From an uncultured virus (IMG/VR IMGVR_UViG_3300027126_000148) (Duplodnaviria > Heunggongvirae > Uroviricota > Caudoviricetes): a DNA stretch of 64,000 nucleotides. The notes under the pieces were generated by a model. It was not told the DNA's origin and did not search any database. It worked only from the letters and a program-made list of their open reading frames with translations. The DNA is taken from IMG/VR virus record IMGVR_UViG_3300027126_000148. One strand, given 5' to 3'. This document shows, piece after piece, positions 36,237-46,100 of the stretch; positions within the stretch are counted from its first letter, which is position 1, and the number at the start of each line of letters is the position of its first letter. The position numbers and the translations under genes were made by a program.

Positions 36237-38791
36237 ATTTTTCAAAAGACTTTCAAAAGTACGACCTTGGGCTTCATGGACTTAGAATGCCTGTCTTTGA
36301 AATTGATCAGAGACACAAGACAAGACTTAAGCTGCCCGATTCGACTTCTAATTATGACTTTTTAAGAAGTCTAGCGAGAGAAGGCTTTTATAAGCTCAAT
36401 CTTGAAAAAGGAAGCGACCTTTACAAGAGATACATTGATCGTGTTAATTACGAATTACAAATCCTTCAAGAGTTAGAGTTTATTGACTACATCATCCTTA
36501 TTTGGGATGTTATTAATTATTGCAGAGAGAATAATATTCCAACTGGACCGGGAAGAGGGTCTTGCGCTGGCTCTCTTCTCTTATTTCTCATTGATGTAAC
36601 CAAAATTGATCCCATTAAATACGAACTATTCTTTGAGCGCTTCATCTCGAAAGCCAGAGCAAAGAAAACAGTCATTGATGGAGTAACGTATTTTGATGGC
36701 TCTCTATTTCCTGACGTTGATCTTGATATTTGTTATTATAATCGTTATAAAGTAATTGCTTATCTTGAAGAGAAGTTTAAAGGTAAGACCTCTAAGATCC
36801 TTACTCTAAATACTCTAAGCTCTAAGCTTTGCATTAAGGAGTCAGGCAAAGTGGTGGCGGAAAAGCAAGAGAGCGAAATGAATGATGTTTCCTCTTACAT
36901 CCCTAAGCTATTCGGTCAGGTTAAGAGTCTTGAAGAGGCGGTTACTGAAAGCGAAAAATTCGCTGAATGGGCTAGTCAAAATGATGAGGTTTATAAGATT
37001 GCTTTAAAACTTCAGAATCTTAATAAAAACAAAGGAGTTCATCCTTCCGGTCTTTTGTTGGCTCACTCTCCTCTTGAAGAGTCTTGTCCTGTAGAACTCT
37101 CGTCAGACAAACAAGCTGTCTCAAGCTATGACATGAATAATGTTACAGCTTATAATATTAAACTCGACTTGCTTGGCTTGCGAGGCGTGTCAGTTGTAGA
37201 CGACGTTTGTAAATCTCTTGGAATTAGATATGAGGATATTGATGTAAATGATGTCTTTATTTATCAACAGTTGCAAGACTTTAAACTGCCTCATGGATTG
37301 TTCCAAATTGAGGCAGAAACTAACTTTAAAGTATGCCAAAAGGTAAAGCCCAAGAATCTTGAGCAGTTAAGTGGTGTATTGGCTCTAGCTCGCCCCGGCG
37401 CACTACAGTTCATTGACAAGTACGCCAACTACACAAATAACGATCATTATGAAAGCATTCATCCTTTCTTCGATGACATCTTAGGCGTTACCGGAGGCGT
37501 TTGCTTGTATCAAGAGCAGTTGATGAAAATGGTCAGTAAGGTTGGGTTCTCACTTGATGAAGCAGAAATTGTTCGACGCTGCGTAGGCAAAAAGAAGGTC
37601 GAAGAGATGAAAGAGTGGGAGCAGAAGATCAAAGATAAGATCTCCCAACAAAAACTAGATCCCAAGATTGGCGAAGTTCTTTGGCGAATTGCCAACGACT
37701 CAGCCAACTATCAGTTCAATAAATCACACTCAGTTGCATACGCCGCTCTTGCTGCGATCTCTATTTATCTCAAATTCAAATACCCACAGCAGTTCTTCTT
37801 GTCTTTGTTAAAGATGAGCAAGCATGAACCTGATCCTATTGGAGAAATATCCAAAATTGAAAAGGAGCTAGTTTATTTCAACATTAAGCTTCTTCCTCCT
37901 CATTTATTAAAGTCAAAAGAAGAGTTTTGCATCGAAGGAGACAACATCCGCTTTGGACTTCTCTCTGTTAAAGGCATTAGCGAAAAGACAATCATGGCGG
38001 TAAATGAGTTCAGAGGAGAGTTTAAGAACAAGTTTGACATCTTTGAAACGGCTTCTCAAGCTAATCTGAACATCGGCGTTCTCTGCGCTCTTATTCAAGC
38101 AGGAGCCTTAGATGGAGACTTCAAGCAATCAAGAAGCAAGATCGTTTATGAAGCGCAGCTTTGGAACGTGCTAACCAACAAAGAAAAAGTAAACGCCAAA
38201 CTATTTGGAGAAAACTTTGACTATGATTTGGTAAAGATACTTATGCACATGAAGGACAATAAAGATGTGCAAGGCAAGCCTTATATTAAAGAGTCAAGAC
38301 TCCAGACAATGAGGGCCAAAGCAGAGCCTTATAAAAAGATCTATGAAATCAATAGCAAGTCAGAGAGTTTTGCAAATTGGTTTTATGAGAATTCTATTAT
38401 TGGATATAGCGTTAGAAATAAACTAAGAGAAGTTTTCATCTCAAAGAAAGACGATCTTGTCTATATAAAAGATATTGCTGATTTTGCTGAGAAAGATGAA
38501 GTTAGCTTTATTGGTGTAATCCAAGAGTGTAAATCTGGAGTATCAAGAGAAAAGAAGACTAGATATTTTAAGATGCAAATCTCAGACGAAACTGGCGCTG
38601 TAAACACCATGATCTTTTCCGATAAGATTGACGATATGCAGAGTCTGAATAATAGAATGCCAAAAGAGGAAGATATCGTTATCGTTACTGGACAGAAGTT
38701 TGGAGACTCTGTTTTCGCCAGATTAGTAGCCATCCAAACCCATACAGTTTACACTAAACTTTCCCAATTAAAAGCCGAAAAAAATAATTGA
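36233..38791 (+). CDS. dnaE: DNA polymerase III alpha catalytic core (lacks PHP)
   Basis: GPGRGSCAGSL, FERF, PDVDLD, HPSG, KLDLLGL, YQEQ, FNKSH, C-terminal OB fold; ATGA overlap start at 36233. Confidence 0.92.
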   Translation: MNFSKDFQKYDLGLHGLRMPVFEIDQRHKTRLKLPDSTSNYDFLRSLAREGFYKLNLEKGSDLYKRYIDRVNYELQILQELEFIDYIILIWDVINYCRENNIPTGPGRGSCAGSLLLFLIDVTKIDPIKYELFFERFISKARAKKTVIDGVTYFDGSLFPDVDLDICYYNRYKVIAYLEEKFKGKTSKILTLNTLSSKLCIKESGKVVAEKQESEMNDVSSYIPKLFGQVKSLEEAVTESEKFAEWASQNDEVYKIALKLQNLNKNKGVHPSGLLLAHSPLEESCPVELSSDKQAVSSYDMNNVTAYNIKLDLLGLRGVSVVDDVCKSLGIRYEDIDVNDVFIYQQLQDFKLPHGLFQIEAETNFKVCQKVKPKNLEQLSGVLALARPGALQFIDKYANYTNNDHYESIHPFFDDILGVTGGVCLYQEQLMKMVSKVGFSLDEAEIVRRCVGKKKVEEMKEWEQKIKDKISQQKLDPKIGEVLWRIANDSANYQFNKSHSVAYAALAAISIYLKFKYPQQFFLSLLKMSKHEPDPIGEISKIEKELVYFNIKLLPPHLLKSKEEFCIEGDNIRFGLLSVKGISEKTIMAVNEFRGEFKNKFDIFETASQANLNIGVLCALIQAGALDGDFKQSRSKIVYEAQLWNVLTNKEKVNAKLFGENFDYDLVKILMHMKDNKDVQGKPYIKESRLQTMRAKAEPYKKIYEINSKSESFANWFYENSIIGYSVRNKLREVFISKKDDLVYIKDIADFAEKDEVSFIGVIQECKSGVSREKKTRYFKMQISDETGAVNTMIFSDKIDDMQSLNNRMPKEEDIVIVTGQKFGDSVFARLVAIQTHTVYTKLSQLKAEKNN

Positions 38792-38825
38792 TAAATCGGC
38801 TTTTTTCAGGCAAAATAATGTCTGA

Positions 38826-39407
38826 ATGAACCTACAATTTTATAAGGGAAATGCAAAAGTAACTGGAACCGCTTGTTCTTTTCAAACAAAGGGAACCTCT
38901 TTGTTTGTTAACTTCATCAAGCAGCACTCTTGGAATGAAGCCAAGAAACTTGGATCTTTTCGTGAGAACGCAAAGAACCCAGAGAAGACTACTGTTCTAA
39001 AATTCAACGCAGTAGAAGCCGCAGGTATCGTAGACGCAATTGATAGAAATGCAGAATACAAGTTCTATCATACTGCTCCTAATTCAAATGCTATGGGCAA
39101 GTTCTGTCCTTATCTAAGGGACAATGCCCAGATTGGTTTTTCTTTCAATGCTACTAAGGAGCAAAAAGGAGATACCGTTAACAAGGTGAGCTTTTTGATT
39201 GGCTTTTCTTTTGCAGAAGCCGTAATGGTCAAGACTTTCCTTTTGGAGTTCATTAGGAACTCTTTCTATCCTCAAGACGACGCTGCTTCACAAAAGGAGG
39301 CTCAAGAAGAAGAAGCGCCAAAGAAGCCAGCGTATAATAAAATTCAACTAAATCAGCCAGCCGCTCAGACTGAAGCAGAGGCTCAGGCAGAAGAACTCGT
39401 ATTCTAA
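38826..39407 (+). CDS. Hypothetical replication-associated protein, acidic tail (possible SSB)
   Basis: Follows dnaE; ends AQAEELVF. Confidence 0.5.
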   Translation: MNLQFYKGNAKVTGTACSFQTKGTSLFVNFIKQHSWNEAKKLGSFRENAKNPEKTTVLKFNAVEAAGIVDAIDRNAEYKFYHTAPNSNAMGKFCPYLRDNAQIGFSFNATKEQKGDTVNKVSFLIGFSFAEAVMVKTFLLEFIRNSFYPQDDAASQKEAQEEEAPKKPAYNKIQLNQPAAQTEAEAQAEELVF

Positions 39408-41314
39408 TGCGAAAGAAAAAGATAGTAATTCAAACGGATTGGTGCCTCGCTAAAACTGGATTCGGTAGGGCAGCGAAGGAACTAATCTCTTACCTGTACA
39501 ACACGGGTAAGTATGATATTATCCATTATTGTGCGGGAACTCAAGTGGGTTCCACCATTCTTTCTAAAACTCCTTGGAAGAGTTTAGGAAGCGTACCTAC
39601 CGATCCAAACGAGGTCAACAGAATTAATGCAGATCAAACTCTCGCAAGAGATGTTTCTTATGGCTCTTATTATGTTGATCAAGTAATTAAAGAAGAAAAG
39701 CCCGATATTTGGATTGGCGCACAAGATCCTTGGGCTTTTACTCAATATTACAACAAGCACTGGTATAAAAATATTACCTCTTTGCTTTGGGTGACTCTTG
39801 ATTCTTTGCCTATCTATGATGAAGCAATTAATCAAGCTAAAAAATCATCTCAGTACTGGATTTGGAGTGAGTTTGCTACAAACGAAATGCACAAAATTGG
39901 TATTAATAATGCCAAAACTGTTCATGGGCCAGTAAACCACTCTAAATTTAGTTATCTAGGTTCAGAGAAAAGGAATAAATTAAGATCCCGTTTCGGACTT
40001 TCTGATTCTTTCGTTGTCGGTTTCGTGTTTAGAAATCAACTTCGCAAGTCTGTTCCTAATCTTCTAGAAGGATTTAAAGACTTTGTTAAAAATAATCCCG
40101 ATGTTAAAAATGCAAAGCTACTATTACATACTCATTGGGGCGAAGGATGGGACATTCATAAGCTTGCTGACGAATATAAAATAGATAGAAAAGATATTCA
40201 CACTACTTATGTTTGCAATAAATGTAAAAATTACTTTATTACTCCTTTCCAAGGGCAAGAACTAAGCTGTCCTTCCTGTAAATCAGAAAAAAGCTGCTCG
40301 ACGACAAATACAAATTTTGGCGTGTCTGAGGAACAGCTATGCGAGATTTATAATCTAATGGATGTGTATTGCCATCCGTTTACTAGCGGTGGGCAAGAAA
40401 TTCCAATTCAAGAGGCTAAGTATTGTGAACTATTAACTTTAGTTACTAATTATAGTTGTGGCGAAGACATGTGTCACCCTGATGCTGGATCTATTGCTCT
40501 AGAATGGTCAGAGTATAGAGAACACGGGACTCAGTTCAGGAAAGCTTCAACATATCCCTCTTCTATCGCCAAGCAATTGTATCGCGCTTACAAGATGCCA
40601 GAAGCGGAGAAAAGGCAGATTGGTCAAAAGGCAAGAAAGTGGGCAATAGATAATTATTCTGTTCCTGTTATTGGAAAGATCTTTGAGAAATATATTGATT
40701 CTATTCCTTTTACAGCTTATGACTTTTCTTTAAAGGAAGAAGAAAAAGACCCTAATGCAGTTATCCCAAATATTGCAGAAAATGGAGAATGGCTAATCTT
40801 CATGTATCGCAATATACTTAAAATGCCTCAAGTCGATATAAACGATGACGGCTTTAAGCATTGGTCTAAAAAATTAGCAGAAGGAGAATCTCGACAAAAT
40901 ATTGAGAACTATTTTCGTCAAGTAGCCGCCCAAGAAAATCAAAAAAACAGAAAAGTTGATTTTGAAGAATTTCTAGATCCTAATGATAAAGGAAAGCGGA
41001 TATTGTTTGTAATGCCAGAAAGTATTGGAGATATTTATCTTTGCACCGCTCTTCTTGAATCAATTAAAGAAACTTATCCTGATCATAATTTATATTTTGC
41101 TACCAAGAAAGAGTATTTTTCAATCCTTGAAGGCAACCCTTTCGTCCACAGGACCATAGAATACATCCCTCAAATGGACAGCTTGCTATGGCTGGAAGGA
41201 CACGGCAATCATCAAGGATATTTTGAAATCGCTTTCTTGCCTCACATAGGAACCCAGAAGATGCTTAACTATCTTCATAACGGAAAAGATAAGATCGCAT
41301 TCGATATTAAATAA
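39407..41314 (+). CDS. GT4-like glycosyltransferase with Zn-ribbon insertion, fused to a GT9-like N-terminal domain
   Basis: TGFGR, RNQLRK, CNKC...CPSC, GGQEIPIQEA; C-terminal ESIGDIYLCTALL...ILEGNPFV. Confidence 0.75.
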   Translation: MRKKKIVIQTDWCLAKTGFGRAAKELISYLYNTGKYDIIHYCAGTQVGSTILSKTPWKSLGSVPTDPNEVNRINADQTLARDVSYGSYYVDQVIKEEKPDIWIGAQDPWAFTQYYNKHWYKNITSLLWVTLDSLPIYDEAINQAKKSSQYWIWSEFATNEMHKIGINNAKTVHGPVNHSKFSYLGSEKRNKLRSRFGLSDSFVVGFVFRNQLRKSVPNLLEGFKDFVKNNPDVKNAKLLLHTHWGEGWDIHKLADEYKIDRKDIHTTYVCNKCKNYFITPFQGQELSCPSCKSEKSCSTTNTNFGVSEEQLCEIYNLMDVYCHPFTSGGQEIPIQEAKYCELLTLVTNYSCGEDMCHPDAGSIALEWSEYREHGTQFRKASTYPSSIAKQLYRAYKMPEAEKRQIGQKARKWAIDNYSVPVIGKIFEKYIDSIPFTAYDFSLKEEEKDPNAVIPNIAENGEWLIFMYRNILKMPQVDINDDGFKHWSKKLAEGESRQNIENYFRQVAAQENQKNRKVDFEEFLDPNDKGKRILFVMPESIGDIYLCTALLESIKETYPDHNLYFATKKEYFSILEGNPFVHRTIEYIPQMDSLLWLEGHGNHQGYFEIAFLPHIGTQKMLNYLHNGKDKIAFDIK

Positions 41315-41315
41315 T

Positions 41316-42488
41316 ATGCACCTTTTAGAGCAATACTCCCTAGCTTCTGGAGTAAAGATTAAGAAGCCATATATCTACGAAAAATTTTTTCCAGTTACTG
41401 CTGATAAGTATATTACTTTTCACCCAAGCTCAAAGCCTTCAAAAACTTATGATTACTGGCAAGAAGTCATTAATTTGATTTTGCCCATCTTGGAGTCTAA
41501 AGGAATAAAAATTATTCAACTTGGGCAGGAAAAAGAGAAAGTCTACACTGGAGTGCTTAGTCTTGTTGGACTTACGAATATCAATCAGACAGCTTTCGTC
41601 CTTAGAAGTTCTTTGCTGCATGTAGGTGCAGACAGTTTTCCCACTCATATCGCTTCTGGATATGGTAAAAAGATTGTCGCCCTTTACTCAAACAATTACA
41701 TAAGCTGTGTAAAGCCATTCTTTGGCAATCCTAAAGACCATATTCTTCTTGAACCAAAGAGGAAAAACAAGCCAACTTTTTCTTTTGAAGAGAACCCAAA
41801 GACAATCAATAGCATCAAGCCAGAGGTTATTGCAAACAATGTATTAACTCTTTTAGAGATCCCTCATTCTAATTCTATTCAAAGCCTCTACTTCGGCGCT
41901 GAATACAATAACATGAGATTAGAGATGGTTCCTAATCAAATAGTAAATCCAAAACAGTTTAATTCTAACAATATTGTCGTTAGAATGGACTTAGACCATA
42001 ATGAAAAGTTCTTAAATGAACAATTGCAAGTCTGTCAGTGCTTCATTATTGCTAATAAACCCATTAATTCCGAATTGATTCTGAACAATCAAAAGAATAT
42101 TGGACGCATTTTCTATGAAATCAAAGAAGATAGCCAAATAGAATTTGCTAATTTTCTAGCTCATAATAATATTTCTTATCAATTGTTTACTTATTTGCAA
42201 GACAAGAAGCTAGAAGAAGTGAAGCTTAAATATCTTGATCAAGAATCTATTGTAGAAATGCCAACAAATCTAAAGCATAAAACTGGTATCGAATACACTC
42301 TTAATTCTTTTTATAAGTCAAATAAAAGAATAATCAGTAATGGCAAAATTTATTTAAGTGAGTCCTCTTTAAAAAATGGAATAGAAGCCAAGCAGCTTGC
42401 CGAACCAGTCATTGACTGCCCAGAGTTTTGGAAAGAAGTAGAGAGTTTTTGGATTTTTAGAGTTGATAAGTCGCCAGTTGCCGCATAG
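41316..42488 (+). CDS. Protein with GT9-like C-terminal-half domain plus unknown domain
   Basis: ITFHP...K.YDYW..V...IIQLG...HVGADSFPTHIA. Confidence 0.65.
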   Translation: MHLLEQYSLASGVKIKKPYIYEKFFPVTADKYITFHPSSKPSKTYDYWQEVINLILPILESKGIKIIQLGQEKEKVYTGVLSLVGLTNINQTAFVLRSSLLHVGADSFPTHIASGYGKKIVALYSNNYISCVKPFFGNPKDHILLEPKRKNKPTFSFEENPKTINSIKPEVIANNVLTLLEIPHSNSIQSLYFGAEYNNMRLEMVPNQIVNPKQFNSNNIVVRMDLDHNEKFLNEQLQVCQCFIIANKPINSELILNNQKNIGRIFYEIKEDSQIEFANFLAHNNISYQLFTYLQDKKLEEVKLKYLDQESIVEMPTNLKHKTGIEYTLNSFYKSNKRIISNGKIYLSESSLKNGIEAKQLAEPVIDCPEFWKEVESFWIFRVDKSPVAA

Positions 42489-42497
42489 TATACCTAT

Positions 42498-43199
42498 GTG
42501 AATACTGTAAAGAAACTTGTTCGTTCTTCTGATGGCCTCATTGAAGGTGTAGAATACCACTTTAATGATGATGGATCTATTAACTGGCGTAAAATGATCA
42601 AGCCAGAGTTCCTTGTTCCAAATAGGGACAGGACTAATGAAACTGATGTTACCAAGTTAGAGGATAAAGATCTACTTATCCTTCTAGCTGGAATTAAATA
42701 TGTTGCTCAACTTAGAGGATTTTTCTCTGTCGATTATACCGTAACTTCCCCAAGCTCAGACTATGTAGTTGCTGTTTGCAAGATAGACTGGGTTCCAAAC
42801 TACGAAACAGAAGGCACTCCAATTACTTTCTCTTCTGTTGGAGACGCTTCTCCCGGTAACACGAAGGACTTCGCTCGCCACTTCTTGGGTCCAATTGCAG
42901 AGAACAGGGCCTTCATTCGCTGTGTTCGAAATTTCTTAAAGATCAACATTGTTGGTCAAGACGAAATTGGCAAGTCAAAGAATAACGTCGTTGATGACTC
43001 TGCTGCTGAGTCCTCGGCAGCATTTGAGCCTCATGCCATCCTTGAAAAAGTAATGAAAGAGAAAAGCGTTTCTTTCGCCAAGCTCAAAGAAAAGCTTACA
43101 AAAGAAAACTATGCTAATGCAGATTCTTTAATGTCAATAGCCGACATTCCAAAGATTAAAATCTTTGAATTGATTGAAAGAATTCAAAAAGCTAAGTAA
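42498..43199 (+). CDS. Hypothetical protein, possible single-strand annealing protein
   Basis: GDAS...AENRAF.R.VR..L.I resembles Rad52/Sak-like SSAP motifs (weak). Confidence 0.45.
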   Translation: MNTVKKLVRSSDGLIEGVEYHFNDDGSINWRKMIKPEFLVPNRDRTNETDVTKLEDKDLLILLAGIKYVAQLRGFFSVDYTVTSPSSDYVVAVCKIDWVPNYETEGTPITFSSVGDASPGNTKDFARHFLGPIAENRAFIRCVRNFLKINIVGQDEIGKSKNNVVDDSAAESSAAFEPHAILEKVMKEKSVSFAKLKEKLTKENYANADSLMSIADIPKIKIFELIERIQKAK

Positions 43200-46100
43200 T
43201 TAAGAAGTTCCAATTCCGGGGGAGCTAGATCCTGCTCCAACTGATCCAACAAAAACTTTATTTACTGAACTGGTAGTTCCTAATCCTTTGAACAATGAAG
43301 CTGCCGAATTTACACTTTCGATTCTTAATTTTAAATATTTGGAATCGATTGGATCATTTGGATTTACATAGTCCCCTGTTTCGGGAACCTTTGTAGAGAA
43401 ATCTATTCTTAGATTCCTGCCATTCTTAGATGGCTTTGTAGTTGTGAGCATAAACCTCTTTCCATTATATCCAGTAGGATAAAGGACTGAGGTTTTAAAC
43501 TGTAAATCCATATCATTAAAATCAGCATCATCATTTGAATATATCTGATCATATCTAATGGTGAATGAATTTTCTCCAACATAACTATTTCCAGTTAATA
43601 CAATATCGGCTATTTTAGCAAAGTTATTTGGATTTTGTATAGTTAAGAATGGTTGTTCTGAAGTTTGATAAATCGCTCCGACATTGTAGAGCTTCATGTC
43701 TAGCTTTTCACCAACTACAAATCCATTATCTAATGGGAATGTAGTTGAAGCAGTATAATACGCATAATATTTAGAACCATCTCCACTTTGTGCCGCAAAG
43801 TTATCTCCAGAGAACTGAAGATTGGCAGGAGGATTTCTTAAAATGAAACCAGAAGATGGATTTGGAACGATAGCATTACTTCCTTGCCAGAAATCTTGGT
43901 AATAACCAATTGGATTAACAACTATATTTACTCCTGTAATTTGACCTACATAAGGAGGCATGAACGAAACTAAGCCATATATTGTAGGTACTCCATTGCC
44001 ACCATCTTGAAGACTTAAATTAACCGGCGTAAAAGTATACCCAGCGCCACCACTGATAATAGAGTAGCCAGTAATGTTTGCTCCGGGTTGATTATAAAAA
44101 TTTATCTTTGCTTGTTTTTTATTAGATTGGAATACTGTTGGATAGTTTTCTACTATTATTCCATCGACTTGAGAAAAGAAGTCAACGCCTGTTAAAAATC
44201 TAACTCCTTCACCATTAAAAGAAACAACAGAGCCATCCCAACCGCTAACTTGAGTTGTTCCATCTAGTCTATAAGTTAGACTATTGTTTAAGTAAGCATC
44301 ATTGATGGATATAAAAGGAATATAATTAAAGTTTCCAGTTACTGGATATTCTTCTCCTAAATAAGTTTGTAAATAAAACATTCCAGAAACTGGTCTTATG
44401 TCTTCTACGTCTTTACCATGCAAATTCCTTCCTGCCATAGATGGAGGATAAAACTTTAACACGCCATAGTCTTTATAAGTAACACTGCTATTTATATCTC
44501 TAGCATCAGTGACTACTGAAATTCCTGATTTATAATTTCCAGACAAATAAGGGAAAGATGCAGCAATTACTCCAGAAGCGCCTCTCGCAAGAGTACCAAC
44601 TCCCTCAAACCTAATTCCTGTTACATAATTAAGATTTTCTCCAGTTAAAGTAATTAGAGATCTATATGTACCAGTTAAAATATTTAATGTTGAAATCGAT
44701 ATAGAAGGAGGCTTAACAGTAATTGTTTTATACATTCTATCAGCATCAAAACTATTTCTCTGGAAGAAGATTTGTCCACTTCCAATATAGCCATCTAAAG
44801 TAATATAGCTATTAGAACTTACAGTGGTTCCTATGCCGATTATATCTGCGCCACTTATTAATAGATCTAAATCTGGTATTTGAGAAGAAACGTCAGATGC
44901 AATATTTAGATTTCCAGACAAGATAGAATACCCAGTATAAGGTTGAGCCAGACCAGAAAGAGTTGATATATCAATAACTTGCATAGCTTGAGAAATCAAA
45001 TACTGGCCCGTTTTATTAGTTAGCAAATTAAATCCACTAATGTATAAATCTCTAGTTTGAAATCTATGAGCGTTTATTCCTGTGATAACGATTCCATCTC
45101 TTGTTCTATAAGTATCTGCATTTGATCCAGAAACGGTAGTGCTTGGATTAAAAGATGGAGAAAAGCCTTTAATTTCTACAGTAGTTCCAGAATTAAAAAA
45201 TCTAAAAGCACCTTTCTTTACGTCTCTTGGTACAGTCACTAATGCGCCAGTCGAAGTAGGAGCAATGACATGAGGATATTTTATTATTTCATTATTGAAT
45301 CCAACGCCATAAAAATCAAGAGCATTTAAATTGCTTCCAGACAGACTAATGGAGTCTCCAAAATATGCAGAGTTGGGGGTTATTTTTGAAATTATTGGGT
45401 TAACAAAAGTTAAAGAATCTGTAGTAGTGACTCTTGAACTACCATTTACAACCATTGGGCCATCTGAGATGTCGTATACTTGAGGAATAAAAAAGCTTAA
45501 TCCGCTTATACTTTGTCTTCTAAAAGCTGTTATTACTTTATACGCACCATCTTGTCTTCCTAGCTCAATAGAAGTAACAGTATTTAAAAATTTTCCAGAA
45601 AGAGTAATCAGAGTATTTGCTACACCCGTTAATGGAGAAAAGCCATCTATAACTAAAGTTCCGCTCTTGATTGGCAAACCACTTGGATATGTATAAGTAT
45701 AGTAATTTGAATTGATTGTTAAACTGTTTCCGCTTTCTGCGAAATCAGGAACTGTGAAGACTAGCTTTTGATCAAACTCAGAACCGTTTTGAGAGATAGT
45801 ATAATTACTAACATTATAACCTCCAACATTAATTGAACCAACGTAATAAATATCGCTTCCATATCCAGTAGCTGGCTGACCTTGTTCTAACAAAGATGGA
45901 TATATTCCTGTTATCGTTGGAGTCTTTAAGAACGTAAAGATCTTATCAAAGCCTCCTGTAATTCTTGAATTAGAATTATCTAATACTAAATTAGATTTTC
46001 TAAGAGATGTTAAGTTTGGAGTATTAAGACTTAGATACCCAAAGCTTCTTATATTATCATCAATTAGCCCAGCATTAGCATGAACTAATACTTCTGTAGT

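Noticed and set aside
18426..38791. Inteins or introns in nrdJ, dnaB or dnaE
   Set aside because: Conserved motifs have normal spacing; no C/S...HN-C/S/T splice junctions or embedded homing endonucleases seen
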